Assembly (NCBI GenBank): GCA_016432485.1
Contig: CP066691.1
Location: 11,348-75,347 of the forward strand
Length of the DNA: 64,000 bases
Source: Candidatus Niyogibacteria bacterium
GTDB lineage: Bacteria; Patescibacteriota; Minisyncoccia; HO2-45-28
Direction: 5' to 3'
The notes beneath the pieces were generated by a model. It saw nothing but the letters and a program-made list of their open reading frames with translations. It did no database searches and was not told the origin of the DNA. Positions within the stretch are counted from its first letter, which is position 1. Every line of letters starts with the position of its first letter. A program made the translations under genes and the position numbers. Positions 27,301-36,864 of the stretch are shown piece by piece.

Positions 27301-28349
27301 TAGCCATTTTTACCGGAGCCGTATTTTTGTATGGTTTCGGCCATAATTTTCACAGCTCGTCCTTTTTCCTGAGGCGCGGGATAGATTTCTTTCTGCCGCT
27401 CAATCATAGCCGTAAAATCTTGGCCAAAGGCCAAGGAGAGTTCGTCGGGGCTGTAGACAGGGAGGATAACGCCGGATTCGCACGGTCTCCACGATCTTTT
27501 AGTGGTTGATTCTTCTAAGCTGTCTAACGCTTCTTTTGAACAGTAACATATGACGGGCACTCGCAGGCAGGCCGCGTTAATGCCGATGGAACTGCCGGGC
27601 GTATCCACCACATAATCCGCGCCGGGGATAATATCCATTGTGGGCATTTTGTCTTTTGGGACAAACAAAGCCCGAAAGATTGGCGAAAGAATTTTTGCGT
27701 AAATCCGCGGGTCGTTTCTGTAGTTTTGATCTCCCGGATGAATACCAATGATAATTGTCCGCAAAGAATAGTTATTTTTTCCGGCGGCAAGAGCGCCATT
27801 CAGGTTTTTTAGCATTGCCAAATTTGGTTCAAGCGCGGTGCCAAGAGAGCATAGAATGACTTTCTCCCCCGTTTGAATCTTGAATAGCGAACGAACCTCA
27901 TATTTTGAAAATCGCGGGGAGAAAAAATATTCCCATGTCGGGTTGCCCGAGGCCACGATTTCGGCGTCGGGGAAAAGTTTTTGCGCCTCTACTTTCTCTT
28001 CTTCTCCGACCGTAAACAGAAACGAAGTTCTTTTTCTCAGAAATTCAGGAATCCATGGCCTGCGGAAAGCATCATAGGTGTCGGCGTAAAAACCGAAAGG
28101 AACATCTTGTTTCAGCGCTTTTTCTGCAATTTCCAGCTCTGTTTGGGCAAGTTTTTCTGGCCCGGACATGCCAATAAGAATCACATCTGCTAGATAAACT
28201 AAGTCGCGGACAGCGTTAGAGGATAAATCTATTTCTTTTCCGCATCCAAGTAGCGAAATAGTTTGAATGCCGCGGGCGGCCAAATGCCGGTTAAGCATAG
28301 CAAACGCGACTGACGGAGCCATTATATTGCCGGCAAGCGTTACATGCAT
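27300..28349 (-). CDS. Hypothetical protein, GT-B/UDP-GlcNAc-2-epimerase-like fold (possible PseG/NeuC-like UDP-sugar hydrolase or glycosyltransferase)
   Basis: The N terminus (MHVTLAGNIMAPSVAFAML) resembles the epimerase/MurG-type G-rich start. The C-terminal VVDTPGSSIGINAACLRVPVICY resembles the GT-B nucleotide-binding half. Assignment is weak. Confidence 0.3.
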   Translation of the reverse strand: MHVTLAGNIMAPSVAFAMLNRHLAARGIQTISLLGCGKEIDLSSNAVRDLVYLADVILIGMSGPEKLAQTELEIAEKALKQDVPFGFYADTYDAFRRPWIPEFLRKRTSFLFTVGEEEKVEAQKLFPDAEIVASGNPTWEYFFSPRFSKYEVRSLFKIQTGEKVILCSLGTALEPNLAMLKNLNGALAAGKNNYSLRTIIIGIHPGDQNYRNDPRIYAKILSPIFRALFVPKDKMPTMDIIPGADYVVDTPGSSIGINAACLRVPVICYCSKEALDSLEESTTKRSWRPCESGVILPVYSPDELSLAFGQDFTAMIERQKEIYPAPQEKGRAVKIMAETIQKYGSGKNG

Positions 28350-28470
28350 CTGTTTGCCTCCTTAAGGATTGAGGGTTATTTCAACGATTAATTCCTAGAG
28401 CATTTTAAATTAAAAAAATGTTTATGTCAATAAATTTTATAAATTCAATTATTTCTGTTATCATATCCAA

Positions 28471-29667
28471 ATGACCGACGCAGTTTTATACAGAAAATAT
28501 CGTCCGAAAGTTTTTGACGAGGTTATAGGGCAGCCGCATGTGGTTAAAATTCTGAAAAACGCTCTGAAACTTAACCGTATAGCCCACGCTTATCTTTTTT
28601 CAGGACCCAGAGGCACCGGCAAAACCAGCGTTGCCCGTATTCTTGCCCGTGCCGTCAACTGTGCCAATTTAGCCAAAATTTCTGGAGGAAATTTTGATGC
28701 TAAATTGAGCATCCGCCGAAGCCTTGCTGCGCCCTCCTCCGTAGCCTCTGGCGAAGGATGGGGCGAAGGCGGACCACTCGCGCCCTGCAACTCTTGCCAA
28801 ACTTGCGGAGATTTTATGACCGGTAGGACGCTTGATTTGGTTGAGCTAGATGCCGCCTCTAACCGCGGAATTGATGAAATTCGGGCAATTTGCGATGCCG
28901 CGAACTTTTTGCCCGTTTCGGCCAAGCGCAAGGTTTATATAATTGATGAGGTTCATATGCTTACCCCGCCGGCTTTTAACGCCCTTTTAAAAACGTTGGA
29001 AGAGCCGCCTTCTCATGTGGTTTTTATTCTTGCTACAACCGAGCCCGAAAAAGTTCCCGACACCATAAGTTCCCGATGCCAGCATTTGAGATTCGGGCGG
29101 ATGACGGACGAGGTTTTGGCCGGAGCAATTTTAGGCATCGGCGAGAAAGAGGGTTTTGAAGTTGAACCGGAAGCCACTGAAACTCTCGCGCTTTTTGCGG
29201 ACGGTTCGCTAAGAGACGCGCTAAATCTTCTGGGGCAGGTTTCTATATTGGCCGGCATCTTAGAAACCAGACCTTTTGCGGGCGGGCCCGAACGCAAGAG
29301 GGCCGGTTTTAAGCCAAAAATAATCGCCAAAGACGTGCGGGAATTTTTTGGCGCGCCCGCGCAAAGCGTTATGAACGAACTGGTTTCGGCAATTTCGGCA
29401 AAAGACCATGAGCGCGCTTTTAAATGTTTGCGTTTGTCCTTAAATAACGGTTCTGACCCCAAGGTTTTTATAAAAATTCTTACTCACGATTTCAGAAACA
29501 GATTTTTAAATGTTTTAGGCGGAGGAATTGACGACCGTAATTTTTCGGCAGATCGTCTTGAGAAAATCCTTTTAACGCTTCTGGATACCGCAAGCACCCG
29601 TTTTTTCTCTCCTCACCGCGAACTGCCGCTTGAACTTGCCATATCCAGAATAATAAGGGAAGTGTAG
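28471..29667 (+). CDS. dnaX: DNA polymerase III subunit gamma/tau (short form) with a 35-aa insertion in the zinc-module region
   Basis: YRPKVFDEVIGQ, Walker A GPRGTGKTS, LDLVELDAAS, Walker B YIIDEVHML, sensor-1 ILATTEP. Confidence 0.85.
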   Translation: MTDAVLYRKYRPKVFDEVIGQPHVVKILKNALKLNRIAHAYLFSGPRGTGKTSVARILARAVNCANLAKISGGNFDAKLSIRRSLAAPSSVASGEGWGEGGPLAPCNSCQTCGDFMTGRTLDLVELDAASNRGIDEIRAICDAANFLPVSAKRKVYIIDEVHMLTPPAFNALLKTLEEPPSHVVFILATTEPEKVPDTISSRCQHLRFGRMTDEVLAGAILGIGEKEGFEVEPEATETLALFADGSLRDALNLLGQVSILAGILETRPFAGGPERKRAGFKPKIIAKDVREFFGAPAQSVMNELVSAISAKDHERAFKCLRLSLNNGSDPKVFIKILTHDFRNRFLNVLGGGIDDRNFSADRLEKILLTLLDTASTRFFSPHRELPLELAISRIIREV

Positions 29668-31184
29668 TGAGCAAGGATTTTTTTGTTTTTTTATGCGTCG
29701 TGCTGCTGCTTGCGGTTGTTTTGCATTTTGGCGCGGATAAATTTCCAGATCCGGATGTTTTTTATCATTTTCGCCACGCGGATTTATATTGGGAAAACAG
29801 CATCGCAATGTCCGGCTTCCCGTGGGTTTCTTTTTCGGTCATAAATGATTTTTCCTCCGATATTTGGTACGGCTTTCATTTTCTTTTGATTCCCTTTACA
29901 TGGTTTCAAAATGAAATTTTGGGACTGAATCTCGCGGGCGTTTTCGTAACGGCAGCCGCTCTTTTGATTTTTTACTTTGCCGTTAAAAAGGCGGGAATTT
30001 TTTGGCATTACTTCTGGCCGTTTTTCCTGCTTTTTTCATCACCTCTTGTTTTATATCGTTTCACAATGCTCCGCCCGCATCTTTTATCTCTCGCGTTGTC
30101 GGCATTATTTTTTGTTTTCGCCGTCCAGGGGTCTATTTGGGGTGTTTTTTGGGCGGGTTTTTTAATCGCCTTTTTTCATCTGGGTCTTTTCTGGGCGCCA
30201 GTTTTAATTTTTGGAATTGTCGCTCTTGTCAAATTTTTTTCAGAAAAAATAATAATATGGCGTTCCGGCGCGGCGCTTGCTCTAGGGCTTTTGCTTGGCT
30301 GGGTCTTACGTCCGAATCCTTTGGGCGCTTTGAAAATAGCAAAAACACAGATTTTTGACCTTCTTATTGCGCGTAAAGATGCCATTCCTCTTAATTTCGG
30401 AATGGAGCTTTCCCCTATGACTGTTTCCGGTCTCGCTGCCTTTTCAATTTTTACGATTTTTTGGCTTTCGGTGATGTTTATATTTTTTTGCGCGGTATTC
30501 AAAAAAAACCAAGTCGTGTCAAAGCGCCAATTCCTATTTTTATGGGCGGGACTTGTGCTTTCTTTAATTTTCTTTTTGCTAACCTTGTTTGTTGCTCAGC
30601 GCTCGTTTGATTTTTGGGTTATGTTCGGAGTTCTATTTATTGCCTTTGTTTTTACTTATTTTTTGAGAAAGGATTATTGGTACAAATACGCGCTCGCGGC
30701 CATTTTTTTGATCATGGTCATATATAGTTTTTACGGCTATCAGAAAAACATATCTCAATTCGGCTGGGATGCCGAAAGATTCAGGTCCGCTTCCGAATGG
30801 CTCAAAGAAAATTCTAAAGAAGGCGAAATTGTTTTTAACGTAGCGTGGGAATATTTTCCGGAACTCTTTTTTTGGAATACGCATAACCGATATATCAGCG
30901 GAATGGACCCGATTTTTCAGTATATTTATGACCCCGAGCTTTACTGGAAGGCGTATTATCTTGGAACCGGGCGTACGACCGGCTTCACTTGTGCTTCAAC
31001 ATTTTGCGAAGAAAAGGACTTTGAGGATACATACGCGGTTCTAAAAAACGATTTTGGCGCGTCTTTCGTTTTTCTTTCGCGCGCGTATGACGATAATTTA
31101 TACAATTATTTTTCAAACGATCAGCACTACTCGCTTGGATACGAAAATGCCGACTCCGCGGTTTTTAAAATAATAAAAAAATAA
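29667..31184 (+). CDS. Polytopic membrane protein, GT-C-like (ArnT/PMT_2-type) putative glycosyltransferase
   Basis: More than 11 TM segments. A first periplasmic loop with D-x-D (PDPDVFYHF) is followed by a large C-terminal soluble domain. GTG start. Confidence 0.4.
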   Translation: MSKDFFVFLCVVLLLAVVLHFGADKFPDPDVFYHFRHADLYWENSIAMSGFPWVSFSVINDFSSDIWYGFHFLLIPFTWFQNEILGLNLAGVFVTAAALLIFYFAVKKAGIFWHYFWPFFLLFSSPLVLYRFTMLRPHLLSLALSALFFVFAVQGSIWGVFWAGFLIAFFHLGLFWAPVLIFGIVALVKFFSEKIIIWRSGAALALGLLLGWVLRPNPLGALKIAKTQIFDLLIARKDAIPLNFGMELSPMTVSGLAAFSIFTIFWLSVMFIFFCAVFKKNQVVSKRQFLFLWAGLVLSLIFFLLTLFVAQRSFDFWVMFGVLFIAFVFTYFLRKDYWYKYALAAIFLIMVIYSFYGYQKNISQFGWDAERFRSASEWLKENSKEGEIVFNVAWEYFPELFFWNTHNRYISGMDPIFQYIYDPELYWKAYYLGTGRTTGFTCASTFCEEKDFEDTYAVLKNDFGASFVFLSRAYDDNLYNYFSNDQHYSLGYENADSAVFKIIKK

Positions 31185-31241
31185 CGAAGAAATAGAATGC
31201 GCGCCTTTAAAAATTCTTGAATTAATAATAAGATGATAGAT

Positions 31242-31270
31242 TGTCAAATCGGCAAAAATAATTTATAATA
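31242..31270 (+). promoter_or_regulatory. Sigma70-type promoter TTGTCA-17-TATAAT for tRNA-Gln
   Basis: -35 at 31242-31247 and -10 at 31265-31270, with a 17-nt spacer. The tRNA begins 10 nt downstream. Confidence 0.55.
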
Positions 31271-31279
31271 AGTAATTAT

Positions 31280-31350
31280 TGCCGGGTCGTCTAACGGTAG
31301 GACATCGCCCTTTGGAGGCGAGTATCTTGGTTCGAATCCAAGCCCGGCAG
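31280..31350 (+). tRNA. tRNA-Gln (anticodon UUG)
   Basis: Cloverleaf folds by hand: acceptor TGCCGGG/CCCGGCA (U1-A72, as in bacterial tRNA-Gln), anticodon stem TCGCC/GGCGA, loop CTTTGGA, T-arm CTTGG-TTCGAAT-CCAAG. No encoded CCA. Confidence 0.85.
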
Positions 31351-31422
31351 CAGCGAAAAGCGGCTATATTGCCTCGCGGCAGGCCGATTTAAGCAATCCC
31401 CAATTATTATTAGAATAAACAT

Positions 31423-32517
31423 ATGCAAAAACCACAATTTTTTAATAAAAAAGAAGAATTGCCGGCGGACGCGGAATTAATAGACGCGTTTGAAAGATCG
31501 TTAAAAGAGCTTTTTTTTGTCAGAAATCCGCGTTTTAAGAAAGGAATGCCGGGGGTAGACGAGGCGCTGGCAAAATTTATGCGCGATGACGCCAAAGCTG
31601 TAAACGGGGTGTATGTTTATTATCCGTGGCTCAAAAAGGCGATTTATTTGCCTGAAGAAAAAATTTATTTTGAACTTCGCACCGCGAGGAACAAAAACGT
31701 AATTCACGTCGATGAACAGGAAAAGTACCGCGACATAAAAATCGGAATTGCCGGAATGTCGGTCGGTTCAAATGTTGCTTCCACTCTCGCTTTGACCGGC
31801 GGGCCGAAAAATATGCGTCTGACCGATTTTGATGAAATTGAGGCGACCAATTTAAACCGAATCCGCGCCGGACTGCCGTCAATCGGCCAGAATAAAGCGA
31901 TATTTTTCGCCCAAAATATTTATGAACTTGACCCGTGGGCCGAATTGGATGTTTACGATAAAGGCGTCAATAAAGATAATCTGGAGGAATTCATAAGAGG
32001 GCTGGATATTTTTATTGACGAGATGGATTCCATTGAACTTAAAGTCCGCGCGCGCTTTATTGCCAAAAAAATCGGCATACCGGTTTTAATGGCGACCGAT
32101 AACGGCGACGGCGTTATCTTTGACGTTGAGCGCTACGACGAAAATCCCGATCAGGCGATTTTTAACGGCCGCGTTGAGATAACCGAAGAAGAACTGGCCA
32201 ATCTCAAAACTTTTCAGGATTGGATTAAAATCGCTTCAAAAATAGTTGGGGCGGAAGCTCATACGCCAAGAATGCTGGAATCGCTCTTGGAGCTCGGCAA
32301 GACAATTGCCGGCGTGCCGCAAATAGGTAGCGGCGCCTCAATGGCCGGGGCCGTCATAAGCTACGCTGTTCGCAAAATTGCCATCGGAGACCCAATGCCG
32401 TCCGGCCGTTATATAATAAGTTTGGATGAAAAAATAACTTTTGGTTATAATACCCCCGAAGGCCTAAAAAGCAGGGAAGAAGCGATCAAGGATTTTCTGT
32501 CAAAATTTGGGAAATAA
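31423..32517 (+). CDS. ThiF/MoeB/E1-like adenylyltransferase family protein with a 110-aa N-terminal extension
   Basis: Rossmann motif IKIGIAGMSVGSNVASTLALTG followed by DFDEIEATNLNR (the D-x-D-x-E...SNLNRQ-like E1 motif). Confidence 0.6.
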   Translation: MQKPQFFNKKEELPADAELIDAFERSLKELFFVRNPRFKKGMPGVDEALAKFMRDDAKAVNGVYVYYPWLKKAIYLPEEKIYFELRTARNKNVIHVDEQEKYRDIKIGIAGMSVGSNVASTLALTGGPKNMRLTDFDEIEATNLNRIRAGLPSIGQNKAIFFAQNIYELDPWAELDVYDKGVNKDNLEEFIRGLDIFIDEMDSIELKVRARFIAKKIGIPVLMATDNGDGVIFDVERYDENPDQAIFNGRVEITEEELANLKTFQDWIKIASKIVGAEAHTPRMLESLLELGKTIAGVPQIGSGASMAGAVISYAVRKIAIGDPMPSGRYIISLDEKITFGYNTPEGLKSREEAIKDFLSKFGK

Positions 32518-32700
32518 CAAGCAATATATAAAATAGTATATATAAAAGAAAACAGTAATATATAATAGTATATATAAAAGTAATGATGTTTAAAGTAAGT
32601 TTAAAATATTAAATGTATGTCTAAAGCATGTTTAAAGTATTAATGTTTATAAATACCACGATCGTGTCATTTATAAACATACGCGTCATTTCTAAACTCT
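32518..32700. repeat. AT-rich intergenic region with direct repeats (AATAGTATATATAAAAG x2; ATGTTTAAAGTA x2) and nested palindrome TTTATAAAT-ACCACGATCGTGTC-ATTTATAAA
   Basis: Read directly from the sequence. It lies between convergent ThiF-like and PaaX-like genes. Confidence 0.6.
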
Positions 32701-32709
32701 AAACATAGA

Positions 32710-33306
32710 TTATTTGTCGCCAAAAAAATATTCTTTTAATTCGTTTTCTCGGTCCAGATTTTCCAATATACCAATGCGAACAAAAGGCAAAAGCGCTGGA
32801 TCAACGATTTCTTTCCAGAAGTCTTCCGGGATCGGCAGGGGATGGATCCAGACGCTTTTTTGAATAGGGTAAAAATTAAGGGTTTTTAATTCTGTTCTTA
32901 AAAAGTCGCGATATTTCCTTAGACGTTCCGGAATGTCAAAAATTATTATTCTCCACTTGCCGTCCCAGTCGTATTTTGACGGTCCTATAAAAAAATCGGC
33001 AAACTCAAGTATGGTGCGAAAAATTTTGCTTTTTTTCTTGCCTTCGCGAGTAAGGATAAAATTTTGTTCCCCATCTTTTTTGTAATGTTTGACCAGACCC
33101 TTTTTGCGCAGTTGGTAAAGGCCTTGATAGACGGACCTTTTTCCGGCTTTTATGTTTCCGTGTTCGCAGAAAGTGTGATAATAGGGATGCGGCCAAAATG
33201 CCTTTGCGGTTCCCGTGGTTATATCTCCCAGTATAGCCAGCAGTGTTTTTATGAGAGTAATAGCGGGGAAGCGTCTTTTCGAGAAGGTTTTTTTGTGTTT
33301 ATTCAT
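32710..33306 (-). CDS. PaaX-family transcriptional regulator (short, 198 aa)
   Basis: The N-terminal wHTH resembles PaaX (LLAILGD...SVYQGLYQLRKKGLV...ILTREG). The C-terminal block WDGKWRIIIFDIPERLRKYRDFLRTELKTLNFYPIQKSVWIHP matches the PaaX_C signature (WDGRW...SIPE...LR..L...GF..LQ.GLWISP). Confidence 0.65.
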   Translation of the reverse strand: MNKHKKTFSKRRFPAITLIKTLLAILGDITTGTAKAFWPHPYYHTFCEHGNIKAGKRSVYQGLYQLRKKGLVKHYKKDGEQNFILTREGKKKSKIFRTILEFADFFIGPSKYDWDGKWRIIIFDIPERLRKYRDFLRTELKTLNFYPIQKSVWIHPLPIPEDFWKEIVDPALLPFVRIGILENLDRENELKEYFFGDK

Positions 33307-33441
33307 ATGTTTAATTTTACTACGATCGTGAAAAAATCAAACACTTGACAAAGTATGAGAATAAGAGTACGATAAAGATTGAATAAATAAGGCTCTTTCA
33401 ACTTTCACAGCACTTTCAATTTTCACAAGGGAGGAAACAAG

Positions 33442-33930
33442 ATGACGCGCTTGGCGTGGTTCGCGATTTTGTTTGTCGGTTTTATAGTGGGTTGGGCTGC
33501 TTCAAATGTGTTTCCTCTGCCGTTTCCGGACCGAGGGCACCGTCTTTTCGGGGTTCGCGATGAAAAAGCGGCAGAGGCGGTGATAGCGGTACTCGAAGAG
33601 AACGGGCTTAGGAAGAAATGGGCCTTTGACGCCGAGCCGACGCACCAGGTTGTGATGAGTGACAACATGACTGTCATTGCCTGGTTTGACGAAGCGGCTT
33701 CTAAGCTGCCCAAGAACGCCATCTCGGTGGCGGTAGATAATCCGCGTAGCAGCGCTGCCCGCGCTGTGGCGATCTTGCGGATGAAAAGATACGAGGCATC
33801 TTTCAGCCAGCCCATGAAAGACCTGCCGGATAACACGTTGTATCTGGTCAAGACCGATGCCATGCCTTACAGCGGGCTGGTTTTCCGAAAGCCTTTTTGG
33901 AAGATGCCATCGCCTAGAATCAGGAAATAG
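33442..33930 (+). CDS. Hypothetical membrane-anchored protein (GC-rich gene, about 57% GC)
   Basis: N-terminal TM (LAWFAILFVGFIVGWAA). GGAGG RBS 7 nt upstream. The overlapping antisense ORF 33502..33978 was judged spurious. Confidence 0.45.
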   Translation: MTRLAWFAILFVGFIVGWAASNVFPLPFPDRGHRLFGVRDEKAAEAVIAVLEENGLRKKWAFDAEPTHQVVMSDNMTVIAWFDEAASKLPKNAISVAVDNPRSSAARAVAILRMKRYEASFSQPMKDLPDNTLYLVKTDAMPYSGLVFRKPFWKMPSPRIRK

Positions 33931-34013
33931 GTGATGGCGAATCAAAAGCTGGGTACGCGAGTATCCAGCTTTTTTCATTTTTCTGTTATAATTAGTTTAT
34001 TAAAATCAGACAG

Positions 34014-35072
34014 ATGGTTGATAGAGAAACAATAACCAAAATAATAGAATACGGCTCTTACGCGCCTTCGGGGGATAATTCCCAGCCGTGGAGGTTTGAG
34101 ATTGAAGGAAATAAAATCAATATTTTTAATATCCCGGGCAAAGATAACCCTATTTTAAATGTGCGAAACAGCGGTTCGTATGTTGCTCACGGGGCCCTGA
34201 TTGAAAATATGCTGATTGCCGCTTCACAAATGGGCTTTACGGCCGATTTAAAAATTTTCCCGCAAGGCATTTCCGATTTGGTTTCAAGTATTACACTTTC
34301 GCCCTCTAGCGCCAAAAGCGAGCCGCTTTTTCCGTTTATCAAAGAGCGCGCCACGAACCGCAAGCCGTATAAAAAAATTCCGCTTTCCGAAGCCGAAAAA
34401 GAAGTTTTGCTTTCGGCCGGCTCCGCGATTCCCGGCTGCGAGCTCAAATTGGTTGAAGAGCGGGAAATGATAAGAACCGTAGCCGAAGCCATGAGCGTTA
34501 CCGAAAGAGTGGCTCTGGAAACTATGGCCCTGCACAACCTTTTTTTCAAAAGCATTTTTTGGGATGAGACAAAAAATAAAAGAGGAGAGTCGGGCCTTTA
34601 CATAAAAACACTGGAAGTTCCGCCGCCGGTTCGGGTCATTTTTAAAATGATAAAGAAATGGCCGGTTATGCGTTTTTTTAACGCGTTTGGTTTCAATAAA
34701 TTGGCGGCTAAAGGCAATGCCGCGCTTTACGCTCAATCCGCCGCCCATGGCGCGATAATTATTGAAGATGAAAGTCAAAACTTTGTCGCCGCCGGCCGCG
34801 TCTTTCAAAGGGCGTGGCTTGAAGCAACCCGGCTCGGATTATCTCTACAGCCGGTTACCGGAACGCTTTTTTTGGCCAGGCGCGTTGAGGGCCGTGAAGA
34901 TAATCCTTTCAGCGAAAAAAACTCCGACCTTATACGCAAGGCGTCTCAAAAAATATCTTTTATTTTCGGCATAAACGGCTCTAGGGTCGCGGCCATGCTT
35001 TTTAGAATCGGCAGAGCCGATTCTCCCAGCGCCAGATCCGGACGCAAGATACCGGAGGTAATTTTCAAATAA
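34014..35072 (+). CDS. Nitroreductase-family flavoprotein (two-domain form)
   Basis: YAPSGDNSQPWRF nitroreductase motif, with a second NfnB-like half (AQSAAHGAIIIEDE...). Confidence 0.7.
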   Translation: MVDRETITKIIEYGSYAPSGDNSQPWRFEIEGNKINIFNIPGKDNPILNVRNSGSYVAHGALIENMLIAASQMGFTADLKIFPQGISDLVSSITLSPSSAKSEPLFPFIKERATNRKPYKKIPLSEAEKEVLLSAGSAIPGCELKLVEEREMIRTVAEAMSVTERVALETMALHNLFFKSIFWDETKNKRGESGLYIKTLEVPPPVRVIFKMIKKWPVMRFFNAFGFNKLAAKGNAALYAQSAAHGAIIIEDESQNFVAAGRVFQRAWLEATRLGLSLQPVTGTLFLARRVEGREDNPFSEKNSDLIRKASQKISFIFGINGSRVAAMLFRIGRADSPSARSGRKIPEVIFK

Positions 35073-36697
35073 TGAGTTTTAATTTTTTTCAAAATCTGGA
35101 CCTTTTGTCGGTGGGCGTGGCCGTGGCCGCCATCGGCATTTTGGGTTTTGTCGTATATTTGAATAACCGCCGCAGCATAACCAGCCGGACTTTTTTGTTT
35201 TTTTCCGTCATCACTATTTTTTGGAGCATCGCCAATTATTTGCAATACAACATCGCGAATCCGGCGGTCTCTTTTTGGATGCTGAAATTGGTGGTTTTTT
35301 TCGCGGTGTGGCACGCTTTTTTAATTTTCCGGCTTTTTTATGTTTTTCCCGAGGATGCCGTTATTTTTCCAAAAAGTTATAAGACCGCTCTTTTGCCCCT
35401 AGTTATCGCGACTTCCGTCATCGTTTTGACTCCTTTGGTTTTTGAAAGTATCGCCGAGGTTTCAGCGGATGGCGCCATAGCCAGAGTCAACAACGGTCCG
35501 GCCATAGCTTTATTTTCGGCCATTGTCGTAAGTTTGATTTTCGCCGCGGTTTTTTTGCTGGTTAAAAAAACTTTTTTGGCTAAAAAAGGCAAAAAAAGCC
35601 AATTCGTATGGGTGCTAACCGGAACATTTTTGACTTTCACGCTTCTTTTGATTTTTAATTTTGTTTTGCCGGCATTTTTTAACCGTCCCGATTTTATTCC
35701 TTTAGGCCCGGTTTTTTTGCTGCCGTTCGCGATCTTTACTTTTTACGCCATATTGAAGCATAAACTTCTGGATATAAAAGTCATTTCCACCGAAGTAGTC
35801 GCTTTTTTTCTGGTGATCGCCGCTTTTTCGCAGATTCTTCTTTCAAAATCGGCGGGGGAGACCATTTTTCAGGTTTCGGTTTTCATATTACTTTTGATCT
35901 TCAGCATTCTCTTGATAAGAAGCGTGATGCGCGAAGTCCGTCAGCGCGAGGAGCTTCAGGAATTGACCAAAAAACTTGAATCGGCTAACGCCGAATTGAG
36001 AAAATTAGACCAACTGAAATCCGACTTTTTGTCTTTCGCCACTCATCAGCTTCGTTCCCCCCTGTCCATAACCAAGGGCTACATATCAATGATTATTGAG
36101 GGTTCTTTCGGCCAAGCAAGCGATATGATTATTGAAAGATTGAAAAGGGTTTACGAGTCCAATGAACGGCTTATTAAACTTGTTGACGATTTTTTAAACC
36201 TTTCGCGCATAGAACAAGGCAGGATGAGCTACGATTTCAGCCGCGCTTCGCTTGACGAGATCGCGGAAGAGGTGGTTGGAGAATTAACGGAAGCGGCCAA
36301 GAAAAAAGGGCTTGAGCTTCTGTGGCAAAAACCCATTCCGCCGCTGCCGCAAACAGTTCTGGACAGTTCAAAAATACACGAAGTTATTTATAATTTGGTT
36401 GATAATGCCATTAAATACACTCAAAGGGGAAAAGTGGCGCTTAAGGCCGAAAAATCGGGAATTTTTTTGCGCTTGTCAGTGAGCGACACCGGCATCGGAC
36501 TCAACGAAGAGGATAGGGGGCGTCTTTTTGAGCGTTTCAGTCGGACTGAACGCGGCTATCGAGCCAACGCGCAAGGGCACGGCATAGGGCTTTATGTCGC
36601 GCGCTATATTATTGAAGCCCACGGAGGAAAAATTTGGGCCGAATCACCCGGGTTGGGACAAGGCAGCGTTTTTCGCGTTGAATTGCCGATTAAATGA
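35072..36697 (+). CDS. Sensor histidine kinase (polytopic N-terminal sensor domain; no adjacent response regulator)
   Basis: About 8 TM segments, coiled-coil, H-box ATHQLRSPLSITKGY, N-box DNAIKYT, G-boxes DTGIGL and GHGIGLYVARYII. Confidence 0.85.
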   Translation: MSFNFFQNLDLLSVGVAVAAIGILGFVVYLNNRRSITSRTFLFFSVITIFWSIANYLQYNIANPAVSFWMLKLVVFFAVWHAFLIFRLFYVFPEDAVIFPKSYKTALLPLVIATSVIVLTPLVFESIAEVSADGAIARVNNGPAIALFSAIVVSLIFAAVFLLVKKTFLAKKGKKSQFVWVLTGTFLTFTLLLIFNFVLPAFFNRPDFIPLGPVFLLPFAIFTFYAILKHKLLDIKVISTEVVAFFLVIAAFSQILLSKSAGETIFQVSVFILLLIFSILLIRSVMREVRQREELQELTKKLESANAELRKLDQLKSDFLSFATHQLRSPLSITKGYISMIIEGSFGQASDMIIERLKRVYESNERLIKLVDDFLNLSRIEQGRMSYDFSRASLDEIAEEVVGELTEAAKKKGLELLWQKPIPPLPQTVLDSSKIHEVIYNLVDNAIKYTQRGKVALKAEKSGIFLRLSVSDTGIGLNEEDRGRLFERFSRTERGYRANAQGHGIGLYVARYIIEAHGGKIWAESPGLGQGSVFRVELPIK

Positions 36698-36864
36698 GTA
36701 ATTTCTAATTGATCTTAAAAAATTAACCTAATTACTCTAATTTACCTAATTAATCTAAAAAATATCCAAGCACTAAATCCTAAAAATTGGACATTAGGGT
36801 TTGGGATTTGTTTAGAATAATTAGAGCAATTAGAAATTAGAAATTTCGATGTTATACTGATTTT

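Noticed and set aside
33502-33978. Minus-strand 158-aa ORF overlapping the GC-rich gene 33442..33930
   Set aside because: GC-rich DNA gives long ORFs on both strands. The plus-strand ORF has a GGAGG RBS at ideal spacing and an N-terminal TM helix. The minus ORF is Arg/His-rich with no RBS.
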